DNA of 64,000 nt from IMG/VR virus record IMGVR_UViG_3300042560_002875; one strand, written 5' to 3'. Below the pieces are notes generated by a model that saw only the letters and a list, made by a program, of their open reading frames with translations, had not been told where the DNA came from and did no database searches. The DNA comes from an uncultured virus (IMG/VR IMGVR_UViG_3300042560_002875) (taxonomy: Duplodnaviria; Heunggongvirae; Uroviricota; Caudoviricetes). A program made the translations under genes and the position numbers. This document shows positions 58,869 to 64,000 of the stretch, piece by piece. Numbering within the stretch: position 1 is the stretch's first letter; the number at the start of each line of letters is the position of its first letter.

Positions 58869-59969
58869 TCATAACTTGTTGTCGTATGCGGAAAGCACAC
58901 GGGAGTCAGGAAGCCTTGTAGGTAATGCGTCCCCGTATATTCGGGCAGTTGTGCTGTTATGGGGCACACAAAAAACTCGGCCATCAGATAAAAGAACACC
59001 GCCGGCAAAGGCGTTACCGCCTGAAAAGCTGCCTGCTGGTGTTGTCAGGGTATTAGTCGCAGGGTTGTATATTCGGGCAGTTGCGCTGTTAAAGGGCACA
59101 CAAAAAACACGGCCATCAGATAAAAGAACACCGCCGATAAAGGCGCCACCGCCTGGAAAGCTGCCTGCTGGTGTTGTCAGGGTATCGGTCGTAGGGTTGT
59201 ATATTCGGGCAGTTGCGCTGCTAAAGGGCACACAAAAAACACGGCCATCAGATAAAAGAACACCGCCGGCAAAGGCGCCACCGCCTGGAAAGCTGCCTGT
59301 TGGTGTTGTCAGAGTATCGGTCGTAGGGTTGTATATTCGGGCAGTTGCGCTGCCAAAGGGCACACAAAAAACACGGCCATCAGGTAAAAGAACACCGCCG
59401 TAAAAGGCGCCACCGCCTGGAAAGCTGCCTGTTGTTGTTGTCAGAGTATCGGTCGTAGGGTTGTATATTCGGGCAGTTGCGCTGCTAAAGGGCACACAAA
59501 AAACACGGCCATCAGATAAAAGAACACCGCCGACAAAGGCGTTACCGCCTGGAAAGCTGCCTGTTGGTGTTGTCAGGGTATCGGTCGTAGGGTTGTATAT
59601 TCGGGCAGTTGCGCTGTTAAAGGGCACACAAAAAACACGGCCATCAGATAAAAGAACACCGCCGATAAAGGCGCCACCGCCTGGAAAGCTGCCTGCTGGT
59701 GTTGTCAGGGTATCGGTCGTAGGGTTGTATATTCGGGCAGTTGCGCTGCTAAAGGGCACACAAAAAACACGGCCATCAGATAAAAGAACACCGCCGATAA
59801 AGTCGCCACCGCCTGGAAAGCTGCCTGTTGGTGTTGTCAGGGTATCGGCTGGGGTACCATAATTAGTGGACCTAATCAACTCGAAATAGCTATACGGAGT
59901 TGGAGGAAACCAGTAATCAGCGGACAATCCCCCCAAAAACGCCGGATCCATCAGCCCTAGATTCCTCAT
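58869..59969 (-). CDS. Seven-repeat Kelch-like beta-propeller (receptor-binding candidate)
   Basis: 7 x 44-aa GGVLLSDGRVFCVP..ATARIYNP repeats with a 132-bp period. Confidence 0.85.
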   Translation of the reverse strand: MRNLGLMDPAFLGGLSADYWFPPTPYSYFELIRSTNYGTPADTLTTPTGSFPGGGDFIGGVLLSDGRVFCVPFSSATARIYNPTTDTLTTPAGSFPGGGAFIGGVLLSDGRVFCVPFNSATARIYNPTTDTLTTPTGSFPGGNAFVGGVLLSDGRVFCVPFSSATARIYNPTTDTLTTTTGSFPGGGAFYGGVLLPDGRVFCVPFGSATARIYNPTTDTLTTPTGSFPGGGAFAGGVLLSDGRVFCVPFSSATARIYNPTTDTLTTPAGSFPGGGAFIGGVLLSDGRVFCVPFNSATARIYNPATNTLTTPAGSFSGGNAFAGGVLLSDGRVFCVPHNSTTARIYGDALPTRLPDSRVLSAYDNKL

Positions 59970-60508
59970 GCCAACCCCTCCACAAACTCAGCCGGCAGGT
60001 CATGGGCAACTGCCAGCGCTTGCACAGCAGCCAGCAGCTCAGCAGACACCAACCTCGCAGCTCTAGCCTTCCCCCAGGCGGATGCGAAGGTTCGCGGGTC
60101 GCTTGTGTTCACAGCCTGCAGCAGCCCTCCTGTGAGGCTGTGGGCCAGGATCCGAGGTGCTGTTTCATAGAGCTGCGCAATCTCTGGATTACTGGTCACC
60201 GCCTCCCCAAACTCAACCCACCTCGGCGGATGCGTGGCCCGGTAGATCGCCTGAATTTCTGCCTCGCTCAACTCAATCACCTGCCATTGCTGCCGCCATT
60301 GCCCATTGATTTGCGATGGCGCAATCTCAACCACCCTTTGCAGGCTTGCGTCATGCTCTGGCTGCTCTGTCGGCACCACCAGAAACACTCCGAAATGAGC
60401 CAGCTCAGCCACGGATGGCGCATAGCTAAAGGATCGCTCTGGTTCATCCGCCCGCAACCTGGATAGGTCGTAGGGCCAGCGGTTGGGGCTGGTGCGAATC
60501 CAGTTCAT
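59966..60508 (-). CDS. Tail-associated protein (fibre assembly-like)
   Basis: WPY....LR.D.P..SF, P.H....QRV.E..P..I.GQW.Q.W.V. Confidence 0.55.
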   Translation of the reverse strand: MNWIRTSPNRWPYDLSRLRADEPERSFSYAPSVAELAHFGVFLVVPTEQPEHDASLQRVVEIAPSQINGQWRQQWQVIELSEAEIQAIYRATHPPRWVEFGEAVTSNPEIAQLYETAPRILAHSLTGGLLQAVNTSDPRTFASAWGKARAARLVSAELLAAVQALAVAHDLPAEFVEGLA

Positions 60509-61272
60509 CAGCTCTGCACTCCATAAGCCGCAATGCAATCGGCATCTGCCGTGCCAAAAAATGTCAGGCTGAGCACCGCCACCTTGCTCGCCGCAATGTT
60601 GGCCGGCTTGCTGCCGACAAACTTCCAATCAGTTGGAAAGGTCAGTGTCCGCTGCGTCGAATCACACACCAGCCGAATCGTGACCGTGCGTCCATTGGCC
60701 CGGTTGCTGGTGGTAAAAGTCAGGTTTCCAGTAAGGCTGATCGTCTTAAAAGTGCCATCCAGTGCCGACATGCTCAGATCAACCGTGGCCCCATAGCTGA
60801 TGGCATCAAATGCTGTTGCTGGCGACAGTCCCGCCGCCGATGTGATCACAAGCGGCAGGGTCGCATCATCGCCAGTGCTGCTGGCCAGCGTGCGGGTTGC
60901 GGCGTCATAGCTGAGATTGGTAGCCACATTCACCTGGGCCCCCTCCTGAATCCCGTCCAGCTTCGTCTTCGCCGCTGAGCCGTTCCACCAGCTTGCGATG
61001 GATTGGAAGACTCGAACTGGAGACCAGGCGCGCCTTTCTGTCGATGTGCCCTGGGTGGCCTCCGCTTCCGTGGCTGTTGGAGCGCTCCACTCCCTGGAGT
61101 CGCTCAGCCTGGAGTCACCAGTGCCAACCGCGCCAATATCCGCAGGGCTTAGGGCATCGTTCCCGCCAACAGCATGAGTCGCCTTATGAGCGGCCGGGGT
61201 AATCACCCCCTGCGCCGCTTCGCCCACCATGTCCAGCTCACTGGTTGTGGGATTGAGCTTGTATTTGCCCAT
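60508..61272 (-). CDS. Tail fibre-like protein
   Basis: HK.THA.GG.DALSPADIGA, KTKLDGI..GAQVNV, Thr-rich C-terminal domain. Confidence 0.65.
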   Translation of the reverse strand: MGKYKLNPTTSELDMVGEAAQGVITPAAHKATHAVGGNDALSPADIGAVGTGDSRLSDSREWSAPTATEAEATQGTSTERRAWSPVRVFQSIASWWNGSAAKTKLDGIQEGAQVNVATNLSYDAATRTLASSTGDDATLPLVITSAAGLSPATAFDAISYGATVDLSMSALDGTFKTISLTGNLTFTTSNRANGRTVTIRLVCDSTQRTLTFPTDWKFVGSKPANIAASKVAVLSLTFFGTADADCIAAYGVQS

Positions 61273-61273
61273 C

Positions 61274-61531
61274 TCAGGCCAGGGTCAGCGTGATGCTGGT
61301 GACGTTTGCGCTGCCGTCGTAAGTGAAGGCCTTGGTCGCAACTGTCGTTCCCGAGCTGCCGCCTACCTTGTAGACAATTGCCGTTGGATCCCCTGCGCCG
61401 TTGTACGTGAAACCCCTGTAGTCATGGGGAGGGACGCGCATGCCCCCATCGCTGCCCTCGACCAGTAGCGGATCAGCCGAGACGACCGCAATCTCGTCAT
61501 AGGTCTGACCATAGACGCGACGTGTAGGCAT
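61274..61531 (-). CDS. Small tail/structural protein
   Basis: Beta-rich 85-aa ORF upstream of the fibre gene. Confidence 0.5.
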   Translation of the reverse strand: MPTRRVYGQTYDEIAVVSADPLLVEGSDGGMRVPPHDYRGFTYNGAGDPTAIVYKVGGSSGTTVATKAFTYDGSANVTSITLTLA

Positions 61532-61570
61532 CTCGAATCAACAGCTCTGGCTGATGACATGCTAGCCAGG

Positions 61571-62728
61571 TCAGTCAAAGTACACTCCGATTGGATCCTC
61601 CCCTCCGAGCCACTCTCTGTACACCTGGTTGTGGACTGCAACTGTGTGACCCATGAACAAGGCCGCATGGGTATCGGTCACCCGGTATCTGGGGGAATGA
61701 AGCCGCCTGGCGTATGCATGCCGAAATCCATAGGCAGTGGAACTTCCGCGTTGCAGGATTCCCGTCTGGCGCAGTCGCTGATTGACGCTCCAGCCTGATC
61801 TTGCTTTTCCTGCTCGGCTCGGCAGGGTCTGCGTCCATAGTTGTTCCAGCGCAAAATCCTCCACCCACTCAGGATGGAAAGGAGGCACCTGACGCGGCTT
61901 GGTTGTCCCCCTGTTATTTGTCTTGCCTTCTTTGATCCATGCGCACCCGGGGCGCTTGTTGCACGGTTCAGCGATCCAGGCTTCCCAGGGCCTCAATCCG
62001 TAGACGGCCATGACAGCAACAACACGTCGCCATGGCATAGACAGAGATGGGTGCATCACAATTCGTATCACTTCTTCGTCGGGGAAGAAGGGTTGCCCCC
62101 GTTGGGGTTCCCTGACCGCCGATTGGAGCGGGTCCAGGAGGTCAGCATTCCACGTCCCTCCGCACACCTTGACCACTTTGCGCAGGAAGGGGATCAGTCG
62201 CCTCCTGTGAAGCGTTCCCACCTTGGCCCCCTCGATTGCGCTCAGCAGCGACTCTTCGCTGAGGGGTCGACGCGAATCAAGCCTCTGGAGGATCGGCAGG
62301 TGATTCCTTTGGAAGGTCGACTCGGCGATCCCTTCTGCGAGCTTAAGCCTCTTCCAACGCGCAACAACGTCATCAAGGTCCAGCCTCGACTGGCTCGTCT
62401 TACCCTTCTTTACCCTTTCGACCGCGCAGGCACCCCTCCAGGCGTCTGAGTCAAAGCCGTCCACTTGCGTACTCAGGTAGCCCTTGAGGTCCCATGCACG
62501 CTTTTGGACGGCCTCCGGGCCCGCTTCAAAATCCAGGTGCAGTGGGATTTTCCGGCCACTGACCTGGACGTAGAGGCGCTGTCCGATAGCCCTAAGACGG
62601 AATCCCCTGCCAAAGGTGCCACCGCACTTTTCCGACAGGAGGGCCACTGTTAAATCGACCACCTTTTGCTGGGGGGCCGAGGGTAAGTTTACCCTTTTTT
62701 GACCCCTTTTGCCTCCAGTTGCCTCCAC
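61571..62728 (-). CDS. int: Tyrosine recombinase/integrase
   Basis: YGLRPWE (R), K, FRHAYARR (HxxR), MGH, VHNQVY (Y). Confidence 0.9.
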   Translation of the reverse strand: MEATGGKRGQKRVNLPSAPQQKVVDLTVALLSEKCGGTFGRGFRLRAIGQRLYVQVSGRKIPLHLDFEAGPEAVQKRAWDLKGYLSTQVDGFDSDAWRGACAVERVKKGKTSQSRLDLDDVVARWKRLKLAEGIAESTFQRNHLPILQRLDSRRPLSEESLLSAIEGAKVGTLHRRRLIPFLRKVVKVCGGTWNADLLDPLQSAVREPQRGQPFFPDEEVIRIVMHPSLSMPWRRVVAVMAVYGLRPWEAWIAEPCNKRPGCAWIKEGKTNNRGTTKPRQVPPFHPEWVEDFALEQLWTQTLPSRAGKARSGWSVNQRLRQTGILQRGSSTAYGFRHAYARRLHSPRYRVTDTHAALFMGHTVAVHNQVYREWLGGEDPIGVYFD

Positions 62729-62831
62729 TTGCCTCCAGTTCCAGGAGCCCGAAACCTAGCTGGCAGAGTGGTTTTCTAGCAATAGCAGTGGGTTTGCCCG
62801 TCTCCGCCCCTCCCGCTCTATCAGGGGGGAT

Positions 62832-63221
62832 TCACTCCTCGAAAGCCTTTGCTAGCAGTGGGTTTGAGAGAGTGGTTTTTGGACTTACCCGTGGACTTAC
62901 CCTTTCAATCATTGCCTCCATGTCCCCCCTCGAGGGGTACCTGGCCAGCAGCGCCCTTGCTTCCGCCCTGACAACCCTGGGTACTCTCGGGGTGCGCTTG
63001 GGGTCGATCAGGCTTCCCAGGAAGGTCCGAGCAGCCAGTAGGGCTTCTGTCTGAAGCCACGACACGGACGGCGCCTCTTTGCAGTACCCCCCGCATGGGG
63101 GAGCTTCTCCCGATGAGAGGGGCCCCAAGGGGAGCTCAAGTTGCACGTAAGTCGACACGGAATGTTCCTTGCTTCTGTCAGGATATGCCATATCTGGCAC
63201 TATGCCATACAAATCAATCAC
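62832..63221 (-). CDS. Hypothetical protein
   Basis: FL..LIDPK.TPRVP..VR.EAR.LL..YP motif. Confidence 0.55.
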   Translation of the reverse strand: MIDLYGIVPDMAYPDRSKEHSVSTYVQLELPLGPLSSGEAPPCGGYCKEAPSVSWLQTEALLAARTFLGSLIDPKRTPRVPRVVRAEARALLARYPSRGDMEAMIERVSPRVSPKTTLSNPLLAKAFEE

Positions 63222-63226
63222 TGTTC

Positions 63227-63436
63227 ATGCGTTGCCCCCAGTGTCAGGTGATGGAACACACCTGTGTCCTCAACACGGTTCATAGGGAGGACGGAGTTGT
63301 CCGTCGTCGCAGGGGCTGCAGGGCATGCCAGATCCGCTGGACCACCTACGAGGATATCGAGGTGGGAAGCCTGATCAATGCTTTTGTGCCGCGACCCGTC
63401 GTCGGCGATGGCATCGAAGAAGGAAGGCGGCCTTGA
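63227..63436 (+). CDS. NrdR-like Zn-ribbon protein
   Basis: MRCPQC...V.NT.......RRRRGC..C..RWTTYE. Confidence 0.75.
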   Translation: MRCPQCQVMEHTCVLNTVHREDGVVRRRRGCRACQIRWTTYEDIEVGSLINAFVPRPVVGDGIEEGRRP

Positions 63437-64000
63437 TCAGGGCTCCCGCGGGATCAATCCTTTGGCAGGAATCTCTTCGAGGAACGGCTTCCTAGAGGAG
63501 CCGACCGTGACCAGTTCGACAAAGCGCTCGGTCGATGGATCGAAGACCTTCAAGGTATTGGTCCCTCTCGGGAGCCACCAATCGTCCTTCCGACATCTCA
63601 GTGCCGCTGGCTCCGTATCGGTTGACCAAAGGATTGGAGACCTGTCACCCGTCGGGACTTCTTCGTCGGCGGGGACTGTGTTGCGCGCATCGATCGAGAT
63701 GCGACTGGATTCAGCCAGGGCATTCCCCAGTCGGTCCAGGGTCTGCTCTCTCCGCCTGTGGTAGCGGAGGACCTCACTGCTCTCTAGTCCCTCCCCGCTA
63801 GAGATCCCCTGGAAACCACGGTCTTCATTGCCGCTGATCTGATAGTCGCTGGGCTCGTAGAACGGATAGCCAACAGACCAGCGCACAGCATGAATATGCT
63901 TGCACTCCCTTCGTTGGTCCGAGCGATCAGAGAGCGTCCGAAACCGGCTGCTGTAGCCAACAGCCTGCGACTCCCATCGGCCCTCGAGGGATCGGCCAGC
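63437..64000 (-). CDS. C-terminal part of a protein with a SWIM-like Zn-finger motif; start beyond window
   Basis: Frame open to the window edge; ECKHIHAVRW. Confidence 0.55.
   Translation of the reverse strand, partial: AGRSLEGRWESQAVGYSSRFRTLSDRSDQRRECKHIHAVRWSVGYPFYEPSDYQISGNEDRGFQGISSGEGLESSEVLRYHRRREQTLDRLGNALAESSRISIDARNTVPADEEVPTGDRSPILWSTDTEPAALRCRKDDWWLPRGTNTLKVFDPSTERFVELVTVGSSRKPFLEEIPAKGLIPREP

Noticed and set aside
58849..59862. Plus-strand repeat ORFs
   Set aside because: Antisense shadows of the propeller gene.
1..64000. tRNA, tmRNA or rRNA genes
   Set aside because: No convincing cloverleaf or T-loop motif noticed by eye; tRNAscan/ARAGORN would be needed to exclude them.

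Overview
64 kb of a probably temperate dsDNA cyanophage or prophage. A Synechococcus/Cyanobium-type host is inferred from DUF3288, a cyanobacterial PEP-CTERM gene and the dcd/ThyX type. Layout: (1) 1-10.5 kb, minus-strand Gly/Ala-rich putative virion/ejection proteins, including a >750-aa 11-residue-repeat protein missed by the ORF track. (2) A non-coding strand-switch region. (3) 11-28 kb, a plus-strand early/accessory region built from terminator + conserved TG-N8-TCAGCAGTG element + ORF cassettes. (4) Recombination, replication and nucleotide-metabolism genes: SSBs, PD-(D/E)XK nuclease, dcd, primase-VirE helicase with a downstream iteron-like region, dNMP kinase, ThyX, MazG. (5) Lysozyme, tail/receptor-binding genes and a tyrosine integrase. 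The standout is 14.46-16.53 kb: seven units, most in translationally coupled mini-ORFs, each encoding only the C-terminal RGGSW...GFRVV variable segment of FGE-sulfatase/CLec-fold proteins. They surround a circularly permuted FGE-domain gene. The units differ almost only at codon positions 1-2 of NNC codons, the footprint of DGR adenine mutagenesis, yet no reverse transcriptase or template repeat is visible in the window. All family assignments come from motif recognition by eye, not database searches.
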